In this document: positions 29,384 through 37,989 of the stretch, in pieces
How the letters are laid out: every line of letters begins with the position of its first letter
How positions within the stretch are numbered: position 1 is the first letter of the stretch
NCBI GenBank assembly: GCA_963665665.1
Contig: OY762428.1
Span: forward strand, 4,608,001-4,672,000
DNA from: Candidatus Kapaibacterium sp.
Lineage (GTDB): Bacteria > Bacteroidota > Ignavibacteria > Kapaibacteriales > UBA2268
DNA: 64,000 nt
Direction: 5' to 3'
The notes under the pieces: generated by a model
What the model saw: only the letters and a program-made list of their open reading frames with translations
Database searches by the model: none
Told to the model about the DNA's origin: nothing
Position numbers and translations under genes: made by a program

Positions 29384-30713
29384 TTTCTTTTCTCTGATCT
29401 ACGTAATTGATATTGGATATATATGGTATCGCTCCAAAACGGCCTTTTAAATATCCTTTTCGAATATCAAGATCATATCTGGGTTTAAATTCGCTGAGTG
29501 AATAAAATTCTGTTGCGCCAGATATGACTTTTTCAGCAAACCAGATTTCATCCTGTCGGAAAATGTTAAAGTCAAGCAGATTGGATTCATGAGTAGTAAA
29601 TATTAACTGTCCTTTTGTTTCAGGAATTCCCATAATTTTCCTTATTAGATCGTATATCAGGTTTGGGTGCAAGCTTCTTTCTATTTCGTCAATGACAAAA
29701 GTAGTATTTGAATTAATGATATCATCCAATATAGGAATTAGGTCTAATAATCTAATAGTTCCGTCTGATTCTTCGGAAAGATCAAATTTGATCGGTTTAC
29801 TATTCTTGCTTGAATGGAATGTATAAATCCTTTTAACAATATTTCTGTTGTTTTCTCTCTTTAGTAAAACTGTTTCATTATTAAGAGGAAGGAGTATGTT
29901 ATTGCCATCTTCAATCTCTTTGAGTAAATGTGATTTCAAAGCAATATCTTTTTCATTGAAAAAATTATCAAAATCAATATCTTCTATGCCAAGTTCATTC
30001 ACTCCGATATCAAACATTGCAAGGTAAGAATTAATTGCATTTTTAAATTCATTTGAGCTTGTTATTGCTGGAATTAACATAGCAAATTTGCTATTTGGGA
30101 AAATAGGTTTCAAATTATTGGCTAACCAATTTCTTGAATTTGTTATTTCTTCAATTTTTAATAATTCATATTTCGAGATAAATAATTCATTAGGTTCAAC
30201 CAAATTTTCTTCCATTAATTTAAGGAGAAGTTTGTCCTTCTGAGTTTTTTTATATTTGGTAGCAAGATTTATTTTAACCTTTTTGTTTTTAGTTCCTACT
30301 CTTTCGAATACCATTTTATCTTCAGCTCCAAGGCCTGACAAATAAAGAGCTTCGTATTGTATAGTTTTGTCATCAATACTTATATTATAAGAGTATATTT
30401 TATTTTCGAAAGAAAATTCAACTTCAATTTCAATCGGTTTATTAAAATTCTCAGCTTTCAATTTATACTTTTTTTCGTTAATTGAATATTCAAGTTTTCC
30501 TCTATTTACTAAATCTGTTAGGAAATAAATTGCTTTTACAAAATTAGATTTTCCTGCCCCATTAGGTCCGTAAATTGCCGATCCCTTCAAAATATTCAAA
30601 GATTTTACTTTGTACAAATGATGACTGTGGGTTCTGTTTGAACCGGCTATCATATTAAATTCACATTCGTTGTCAAATGAAAGAAAGTTTGATATAATAA
30701 ATCTTATCAGCAT
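29376..30713 (-). CDS. RloA-type AAA/ABC ATPase (AAA_21)
   Basis: NFLSF, IYGPNGAGKSN, ESDGT, IDEIERSLHP, QLIFTTH, RQDEIWF, YLKGRFGAIP. Confidence 0.92.
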   Translation of the reverse strand: MLIRFIISNFLSFDNECEFNMIAGSNRTHSHHLYKVKSLNILKGSAIYGPNGAGKSNFVKAIYFLTDLVNRGKLEYSINEKKYKLKAENFNKPIEIEVEFSFENKIYSYNISIDDKTIQYEALYLSGLGAEDKMVFERVGTKNKKVKINLATKYKKTQKDKLLLKLMEENLVEPNELFISKYELLKIEEITNSRNWLANNLKPIFPNSKFAMLIPAITSSNEFKNAINSYLAMFDIGVNELGIEDIDFDNFFNEKDIALKSHLLKEIEDGNNILLPLNNETVLLKRENNRNIVKRIYTFHSSKNSKPIKFDLSEESDGTIRLLDLIPILDDIINSNTTFVIDEIERSLHPNLIYDLIRKIMGIPETKGQLIFTTHESNLLDFNIFRQDEIWFAEKVISGATEFYSLSEFKPRYDLDIRKGYLKGRFGAIPYISNINYVDQRKENA

Positions 30714-30967
30714 AATATTATTCAGATTATTCGAAATATTCTCTATATATTTACAATAATAGTTAAATTTTGTATAAAATACAAGATGTATTGGAGAAAA
30801 TGACGTATTATATTAGTGTTTAATTTAATTAATGTTTAATCTATAGCTTTTGTTTCTGGTTAGTTCATTTTTAATTTAGAAATAAACGGATGAGATATAA
30901 AATTAAATTGCATAGATAAAAAATGAACTTATCCATTATCTGAAATTTGTTAGAGAAGTGATAGATA

Positions 30968-31534
30968 TCATAACCCGATCTCTTCACGGACTGTTTTCAT
31001 ACCGTCAATGGTATGCTGGATTAGTTCGGGTAGTTCCATACCAAGCATCTCAGCGCCTTTAAGGATTATTTCCCTGTTAGCCCCGGCGGCAAAGGATTTC
31101 TGCTTCCATTTTTTCTTCACGGATTTTACTGTCAGGTCTTCTATGCTTTTCGAAGGCCTGACCAGTGCGCATGCTGTGATAAGGCCTGTTAGTTCGTCAA
31201 TGGCGTAGAGAGTCTTTTCGAGTGTTGTCTTTGGTTCAACATCAGTTACTATACCCCAGCCGTGCGAAAGTATTGCCCTGATATATTCCTCATCCCAACC
31301 TGCATCTTCCAGAATTTCTTTTGTTTTTTCGCAATGCTGCTCGGGATACATCTCGTAATCAAGGTCATGAACCAGGCCAATAGTACCCCATTTGTCTGGT
31401 TCTTCACCATTTTTTTCAGCAAAATATCTCATCACTGCTTCTACTGATTTTCCGTGATTTATCAGAGATTCGGTTTTGTTATATTTCAGAAATAATTCCA
31501 TCGCTTCATTACGGTCGGGTATATGTGTACTCAT
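30968..31534 (-). CDS. HDIG/HD-domain metal-dependent hydrolase
   Basis: NHGKSVE, GLVHDLDYE, AILSH, DELTGLI, KSFAAG. Confidence 0.9.
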   Translation of the reverse strand: MSTHIPDRNEAMELFLKYNKTESLINHGKSVEAVMRYFAEKNGEEPDKWGTIGLVHDLDYEMYPEQHCEKTKEILEDAGWDEEYIRAILSHGWGIVTDVEPKTTLEKTLYAIDELTGLITACALVRPSKSIEDLTVKSVKKKWKQKSFAAGANREIILKGAEMLGMELPELIQHTIDGMKTVREEIGL

Positions 31535-31541
31535 GATAATC

Positions 31542-32105
31542 CTATAGTTTAATAATAAAGTCAACAACAGTCTCGCCAAATTTCTTTGTCCTCAACAGTT
31601 CAAATCCTTCGGGAATAAGAACAGTTTCACGTATATCGTGCTCGGCAACGAACAGAGATTCGGGTAGCAACAATTCATCATTTTTAATATTGTCCAGAAG
31701 TTTGTTTATCATCTTCGCAGCATAAGGCGGATCAGTAAAAATCAGTCGGGGAGAAAATTCCGGCATTTTCTTCTTAATCTTTGCAGGGAATAGAATAGCA
31801 TCCATTGTAAAAATTCTGAAATTGCTTTTATCGACTTTAAGAGCTTCAAGGTTTTTTATGATTTCGCCTGCGGTTTTCCTGCTTTTTTCCACGAAACAAC
31901 AGAATTCAGCGCCCCTGCTCAGTGCTTCAATTCCAAGCGCTCCCGTACCGGCACAAAGATCAGCAATTTCAATTCCGTCAATATCAATATAATTGAGAAG
32001 AATGTTAAATATTGATTCCCTTGCAGCATCCGATGTCGGCCTTACTCCGCTTAATACTTTTGAATTCAGGCGTCTGCCTTTAAATTCACCGCCAATAATT
32101 CTCAT
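31542..32105 (-). CDS. rsmD: 16S rRNA m2G966 methyltransferase
   Basis: MRIIGGEFKGRRL, RPT, DLCAGTGALGIEALSRG, DPPY. Confidence 0.95.
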   Translation of the reverse strand: MRIIGGEFKGRRLNSKVLSGVRPTSDAARESIFNILLNYIDIDGIEIADLCAGTGALGIEALSRGAEFCCFVEKSRKTAGEIIKNLEALKVDKSNFRIFTMDAILFPAKIKKKMPEFSPRLIFTDPPYAAKMINKLLDNIKNDELLLPESLFVAEHDIRETVLIPEGFELLRTKKFGETVVDFIIKL

Positions 32106-32108
32106 TTG

Positions 32109-33038
32109 TCAATAAATTTTAATTCTTTCAAAAAATGCGGGAAGTGCACCGCCGATACAAGGCGGGAACACATGAGAAACCCTCGAACAATAATCTCTTT
32201 CCCTTTGGTTTAATTCCGTTGACATCATTCGGAAAGCATTCAGCCTTTGCACGTCGATGCCTTTTTTTACTGATTCTTCTTTCACTTTCAAATAGGCATC
32301 TTTTGTAAGCCCGGCACCAAAAAGATATGCCTTGTCGATATAATCGGCATGTGATGCAAGCAGTTTGTCGTATTCCTGAGTGCAGATATCTGCCAGTTCG
32401 TTTTCATCATTAATTGGTGCAAGGTTATAATATATCATTTTTCCCATGGCCATAAGGGTTATATCCACGAAATTATTCTGGATTCCGAAAATTGCAATTG
32501 TCCCGTCAGCTAACTCGGGATAATTATAAAAGAATCCGGAAATAGCATTTAGCTGGGAAATTTCGATATTATCAATTTTGCCGTAGTATTGTTTGAAGAA
32601 ATCTCCGATATTGGTCAAATCCTGCTTAGCTATGATAACAGCAAGAAGCATAGCTGTGCTTTCTTTTCCCGGATAAATTTTATAAACATTAGCTGCGAAA
32701 TCCTCGAAACTGAATTTCGGGAATGTCTGCCTGATCTCTAAGCTGACAAGCTGACGCATTTGTTCCATATCCATGTCTTCGTTACCCGGAATCTGGGTAA
32801 CGAGAACGGTATCACTGGGAATTGTAACGGATATCCGCTCTACATCACCGGGAATTTCTCCAAGCAGCTGTTTTATTTGATTCAATGATTCATCATCAGG
32901 ATCAATTCCGGGCTGCTGGAAATCAAAAGCAGCTGAAGTGGAATTGATATAAGCAAGGTATAAACCTGATTGTCTCGGTTCAATAGCCGCAATATATGTG
33001 CGGTCGCTATTTAGAAATACTGATAAAGCTGTTTTCAT
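32109..33038 (-). CDS. Hypothetical protein, possibly PilM/actin-like fold
   Basis: ISVTIP, SLEIRQ, AIFGI..VDI and YLFGAG segments resemble the PilM layout; no intact ATP motif seen. Confidence 0.5.
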   Translation of the reverse strand: MKTALSVFLNSDRTYIAAIEPRQSGLYLAYINSTSAAFDFQQPGIDPDDESLNQIKQLLGEIPGDVERISVTIPSDTVLVTQIPGNEDMDMEQMRQLVSLEIRQTFPKFSFEDFAANVYKIYPGKESTAMLLAVIIAKQDLTNIGDFFKQYYGKIDNIEISQLNAISGFFYNYPELADGTIAIFGIQNNFVDITLMAMGKMIYYNLAPINDENELADICTQEYDKLLASHADYIDKAYLFGAGLTKDAYLKVKEESVKKGIDVQRLNAFRMMSTELNQRERDYCSRVSHVFPPCIGGALPAFFERIKIY

Positions 33039-33206
33039 ATTCTTTTATTATTTTTCAACATCAGGTGAATTTATAAAATTTTTCGGAATTTCAAACATAA
33101 AATTGTGTCTATACTTGTTTTGATGTCAAAAAAATCAAATTAGCAAATTGAAAATATAGTCTAAACATTATTTCAATTGGAAGTCATTCTTATTAATATG
33201 AGAAGA

Positions 33207-33773
33207 TTATTGCAGTGAATCATTTATTTCATCAATATCAAAATACTCCGGATCAAAATCATCTCCATACAAATCCAAATATTCTTCGTATTCTTCATGG
33301 TCCGGATTTTTCCTGATTTCTAAAAAGGCTCTATATCTCCATATTCCGCCTGTATCCTCTGGTGGGGTTGAATTTTTTCCGGCAGTGCAGATCGGGATAT
33401 CCTGATCTTCCTTTCTGTCAATTATTTTTTCCAAAGTAATTACATGTTCCCATCCATCGCCAAAATCATATTCGTACTGTATCTTTTCTTTTTCTTTTTT
33501 TAACAAATCGGACAATTTGATTTTGGTATAACCTACAGTTTCAAATCCCATAAAGGAATCTTCTTCATCCTGGACAGAATATAAAGAACGTCCCTTGGCA
33601 AATTGATGTAAATGCCAATCACCCCAATCCATTACTGTTTGCATGATTTCATGAAGATCAGGTAATAATATATCCGGTGGAACCAAAATACGTCTCCAAA
33701 TTGCAGGTTTGGAGTTCTTTAAAGTTATTTTTATCTGATAAATCTTATCCTTAACATTTTTTTTAGTTTGCAT
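33207..33773 (-). CDS. Plasmid pRiA4b ORF-3 family protein
   Basis: YQIKITL..PAIWRRILVP, LHEIMQ, HLHQF, YEYDFGDGWEH, PPEDTGG. Confidence 0.92.
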   Translation of the reverse strand: MQTKKNVKDKIYQIKITLKNSKPAIWRRILVPPDILLPDLHEIMQTVMDWGDWHLHQFAKGRSLYSVQDEEDSFMGFETVGYTKIKLSDLLKKEKEKIQYEYDFGDGWEHVITLEKIIDRKEDQDIPICTAGKNSTPPEDTGGIWRYRAFLEIRKNPDHEEYEEYLDLYGDDFDPEYFDIDEINDSLQ

Positions 33774-33987
33774 TTTTTAGCACCAATCATCAGTTATTAA
33801 TAATATCGTTAAGTCTAATTCAAAAATTACTATATCCAAGCTATACTAAAATACTAATTCCGAAACAGAGGACAAAAATGGAATGTCATATTTCGATTTA
33901 TAAATTGCATTAATTTCAGATGATTTCAATTATAGCATAGTTATTGATAGCAAGTAAGCTGAAGAAGTATTTGTAAACGGAGTTAAA

Positions 33988-36276
33988 ATGAGAAAACCGG
34001 GCCTCAGCGTCTGTATGATAGTTAAAAATGAAGAATCAAACTTAGCTCAATGCCTTGATTCTGTGAAGGATATCGCCGCGGAAATAATTATTGTTGATAC
34101 CGGATCGACTGATAATTCTATTAAAATTGCACAAAATTATAAGGCCAATATTATCCATTACCAGTGGGATGACGATTTTTCAGCAGCGAGGAATATTTCA
34201 TTAGAAGCAGCTAAACAGCCATATATCCTGATTATTGATGCTGATGAAAGGCTTATGAATCCTCTGGTGGTAGATTCAATAATCAGGAATGCGGACGATA
34301 AAACAGGCCTTTGGCTGGTGAATGTTGTTTCAAATGCAGCAAAGCCTGACGGAACGGAAGAATCATATACAGCGAATCTGCCAAGGTTGTTCCTGAATTC
34401 TGAAAGATTCAAATTCGAAGGAATAATACACGAACAGGTAACATCATCAGTTATCAAAGCCGGATTTGGCATAAAACCTACTAATATTGTTATAAAACAT
34501 TCTGGTTACTCAATTTCTCCGGACAGGCTAAAGCAAAAATTTGAAAGAAATCTTAAGCTGATCAATAAGGCCTTGATATCAGAAAATGAGAACACATACC
34601 TACTGTATCAGAAAGGCAGGACACTGATGTCTCTGAACAGGCTGAAGGAATCAGAAGATTGTTTCTCAACAGTACTCGAAAAAGGTATGGACAGGCCTGA
34701 TATCCTGCCAATGGCTCTGAACTGGAGTGCATCGCTTGCACTAAAAATGAATGATCCGGCACTTGCTGAAAAAAGAGCCAAAGCAGCACTGAATATTGTT
34801 CCGGATCAGTCATATTCCTGGTTTATCCTCGGAGAAGTTTATTTTATGGCTCAGAAGTTTGATGATGCCTATCTTTCATACGGAATAATGGAGAAATCTC
34901 TTGATAAATTCCCTACGGCACGGGTTGATATTTTTCGTACCTCTCCGGAAATGATTGCCTTTAAAAAGGGGAAATGCCTTCTCAAACTTGGAAAATATCT
35001 TGATGCCGTAAAGGAATTTGAAAGAGGAATTACGATTAACAAGAAATATATTCATAATCTTGTTGGCCTGGCAAACGTTTCGTTGATTTTGAAAAAATTT
35101 AATCAGGCAAGAAATTTCCTGGGGAAAGCACTGGAAATTGAACCTGCAAATCGTGAGATACTTTCTTTCCTTGAGGTAGTAAATAGACAGTCGGGTTTGA
35201 AAATATCAAAATCAGGCAAGGAAATGCCACAAGAAGGAAATGTGAAAAAAGATAAGTCCCTGATCTCACTTTCTATGATAGTAAAAAATGAGGAAGAAAT
35301 GCTTCCGGATTGTCTGGAAAGTGTAAAAGAGATCGTTGATGAAATGATAATCGTTGATACCGGTTCAACTGATAAAACTATTGAAATAGCAAAAAGCTAC
35401 GGCGCTAATGTGATTGAGATGGAATGGGAAAATGACTTTTCGAAAGCCCGTAATGAGTCTCTGAAAAACTGTACCGGTGATTGGATACTTTATCTTGATG
35501 CTGATGAAAGGCTTGGATCGGAATCCGGAGATAACATCCGCTATATGCTTGAACATTCATCCGAGGAAACTGGAGCTTATATCTGCACTATCGAAAGCGA
35601 ACACCTGCAGGTGGACGGAAGATACAACCTTCACCGGGGTGGGTACCCGAGACTGTTTCGAAATTATGGTTATCCGGTTATTAAATTTTCCGGGAAAGTA
35701 CATGAGCAGATAACTCCTTCAATTAACGATGTTGGCGGAAAATTCCTGACATCAGACATTGTGATAGAACATCTTGGCTATAAGGTATCCCGAGAAGTTA
35801 TGGAGGCCAAAGTAAAAAGGAATTATAAACTATTGATGGAGCACGTTAAAGCTGACCCGCTAAATGGCTATGCATGGTTTCAGATTGGGCAGACCCTTGC
35901 ACAGATGGCTCTTTTCAAAGAAGCTGAAGAGGCGATAAAATTTGCATTGCAATCCGGGAATCTCTCAAAATCAGTATATGCCAGCGCAGCTTCAACTTTG
36001 TCGCAGATGTTGGGCAGTAAAAAGCAGTTTTCGGATGCTCTTCATTGGGCAGAGGAATCACTAAAAACCGTACCTGATCAGATTTATGCCTTAAACCTCA
36101 GGGCCTTTTCCCTTGTTTACCTTGGCAGATTCGAAGAAGCAGAAACAGATTTTCGACAGGTTTTGAAAAAAATGGATGAAAAAAAAGGCGTACCAATGAC
36201 AGCCTATGATGTCGGGCTGGACAAGAATATTGTCAACAAAGGCCTTGAATGGGCAATAAACAAAAAGGTAATTTAA
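33988..36276 (+). CDS. Tandem GT2 glycosyltransferase-TPR protein (two modules)
   Basis: Two copies of S..MIVKNEE, IVDTGSTD, W..DFS.ARN, DADER and HEQ, each followed by TPRs. Confidence 0.9.
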   Translation: MRKPGLSVCMIVKNEESNLAQCLDSVKDIAAEIIIVDTGSTDNSIKIAQNYKANIIHYQWDDDFSAARNISLEAAKQPYILIIDADERLMNPLVVDSIIRNADDKTGLWLVNVVSNAAKPDGTEESYTANLPRLFLNSERFKFEGIIHEQVTSSVIKAGFGIKPTNIVIKHSGYSISPDRLKQKFERNLKLINKALISENENTYLLYQKGRTLMSLNRLKESEDCFSTVLEKGMDRPDILPMALNWSASLALKMNDPALAEKRAKAALNIVPDQSYSWFILGEVYFMAQKFDDAYLSYGIMEKSLDKFPTARVDIFRTSPEMIAFKKGKCLLKLGKYLDAVKEFERGITINKKYIHNLVGLANVSLILKKFNQARNFLGKALEIEPANREILSFLEVVNRQSGLKISKSGKEMPQEGNVKKDKSLISLSMIVKNEEEMLPDCLESVKEIVDEMIIVDTGSTDKTIEIAKSYGANVIEMEWENDFSKARNESLKNCTGDWILYLDADERLGSESGDNIRYMLEHSSEETGAYICTIESEHLQVDGRYNLHRGGYPRLFRNYGYPVIKFSGKVHEQITPSINDVGGKFLTSDIVIEHLGYKVSREVMEAKVKRNYKLLMEHVKADPLNGYAWFQIGQTLAQMALFKEAEEAIKFALQSGNLSKSVYASAASTLSQMLGSKKQFSDALHWAEESLKTVPDQIYALNLRAFSLVYLGRFEEAETDFRQVLKKMDEKKGVPMTAYDVGLDKNIVNKGLEWAINKKVI

Positions 36277-36305
36277 AGTAGAGGTTTGGTTTTATTTAAT
36301 CTGAG

Positions 36306-36788
36306 TTACCCGGCAATTTCGATTGAATTCTTTTTAGTGATCTTTAGATTTGGGGAGGAATATTTTTTCCCGTTATCGGATTTTATTTGCAATCTGAATG
36401 TTGGAAATTTATTATCATTTCTCTGAATTGTCGCGATAAAATCGTCTAATCCTATCAATACGGCCATGTCACTCCTGCTCTCAACAACGTGAGGCAGGTG
36501 AATAGAGTCGGAAAAAGAACATAAAGAGATTTTCGTGCTTCCAATATTCTCTTTAATAAGGAAATCAATATCAATAATTTTCTCGGATTCCGATCTGGCA
36601 TTCCTGAAATTTAAATGTAGCAGGTCAACTCTGTTTTCCTTTCGAAGATTTATAGCAACAAAACATTTATCAGTAGTAAATGAAGTAATATTATTAAACT
36701 TCTTTTTCTTAAGCCTTTCTTTTCCAAGCCAGATTAAAGTTATTATTATTGTTACTATTGCTCCAACAATTATTTCATCGCTGCTCAT
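36306..36788 (-). CDS. Hypothetical protein with an N-terminal membrane anchor
   Basis: 160-aa ORF with a GGAG Shine-Dalgarno; one hydrophobic helix followed by a Lys run. Confidence 0.6.
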   Translation of the reverse strand: MSSDEIIVGAIVTIIITLIWLGKERLKKKKFNNITSFTTDKCFVAINLRKENRVDLLHLNFRNARSESEKIIDIDFLIKENIGSTKISLCSFSDSIHLPHVVESRSDMAVLIGLDDFIATIQRNDNKFPTFRLQIKSDNGKKYSSPNLKITKKNSIEIAG

Positions 36789-36971
36789 ATTTATTACACT
36801 CCGGCAAATTAAAACATTACATGAGAGATGATAAGCTTTTTTAGTTCTAAATCCAAGCGTTAATTCAAATGTAATAACTGATAATTGTAACCATAATATT
36901 TATATTTTTGGCCTGGAATTAATATCGAAGCAAATCCAATTTTTTTTCTTAAATTTATAATAATAAGAATA

Positions 36972-37976
36972 TTGATAAGAAGTATGAAAAAAAATCGAGT
37001 ACAAATATTCCCGGACATGAAGAATGTAAAGAGAGTTATGACTTCAAAAACTCTTCTTGGCTCGGTTATGTTTGCTTTTGCCCTTTGGATGTACACGAAC
37101 CTGAATGACACAAATGTAACACGTGTTGACGTTCCGTTAACTATCCTTCTTCCGGAAAACAGGGCAGTGGAAAATGAAATGCCTGAATCAGCATCGGCGG
37201 AGTTCAGGGGCACCGGGTGGAATCTTTTTACATTGAAATATTTCAACTCAACTGCTAAATGTATTGTCGATCTAAGCCGCAGTAATAATCTTGATACCTT
37301 ATATAAAATATCACGTTCAGAAATGATGAAAAGCGTTAAGTATTTTTTAGATGTTGAACTTATGGATGTTATTCCTGAAAATATTAATCTTAAAACCGGT
37401 ATGATCGCTTCTAAAATGGTAGCTGTAAGGGCACTGGCTAATATAAAAACAAGGTCAGGTTTTGTACAGGTAGGCGATGTTGTTTCAGTTCCTGATAGTA
37501 TAGAAATAACAGGTAATTCCAAAATTGTTGATAAAATCAATGATGTAGAAACAAGAAAATTGTTAATTGATGATGCTCATCTTCCGTTTACACAATCGAT
37601 AGCAATGAATGATATAAATGATGCTCCTATTCAAATTAATCCTGATATTGTAAAATTATCGGTTGATATTCAACAGGCGGCTGATATAACTTTCGACGAT
37701 ATCAAAATAAAGATCAAAGGCGGCAGGCTTCCTAAGGGGCATATACTAAGTCCCGATTTAATTAAAGTAACTGTATTTGGAGGAATTAACCAGCTTGTTG
37801 ATTTCTCGAAGGATGATATTGAAATTACCGTCAGCTACGAAGCAATATTGAAAGACAGCACGGGAGTTTTAATCCCTAAAATCCAATTACCCCGGGGATT
37901 AAAACTTATCAGAACCGAGCCTGAATACATTTATCACTATGAAAATATAAGTTCCTCTTCCCTTGTAAAATATTAA
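36972..37976 (+). CDS. YbbR/CdaR-like domain protein
   Basis: TM helix ending FALWMY; repeated P..V/I...G elements (PESASAEFRG, PDSIEITG, PDLIKVTVFG). Start codon uncertain. Confidence 0.75.
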   Translation: MIRSMKKNRVQIFPDMKNVKRVMTSKTLLGSVMFAFALWMYTNLNDTNVTRVDVPLTILLPENRAVENEMPESASAEFRGTGWNLFTLKYFNSTAKCIVDLSRSNNLDTLYKISRSEMMKSVKYFLDVELMDVIPENINLKTGMIASKMVAVRALANIKTRSGFVQVGDVVSVPDSIEITGNSKIVDKINDVETRKLLIDDAHLPFTQSIAMNDINDAPIQINPDIVKLSVDIQQAADITFDDIKIKIKGGRLPKGHILSPDLIKVTVFGGINQLVDFSKDDIEITVSYEAILKDSTGVLIPKIQLPRGLKLIRTEPEYIYHYENISSSSLVKY

Positions 37977-37989
37977 ACCGGATTTTCTA

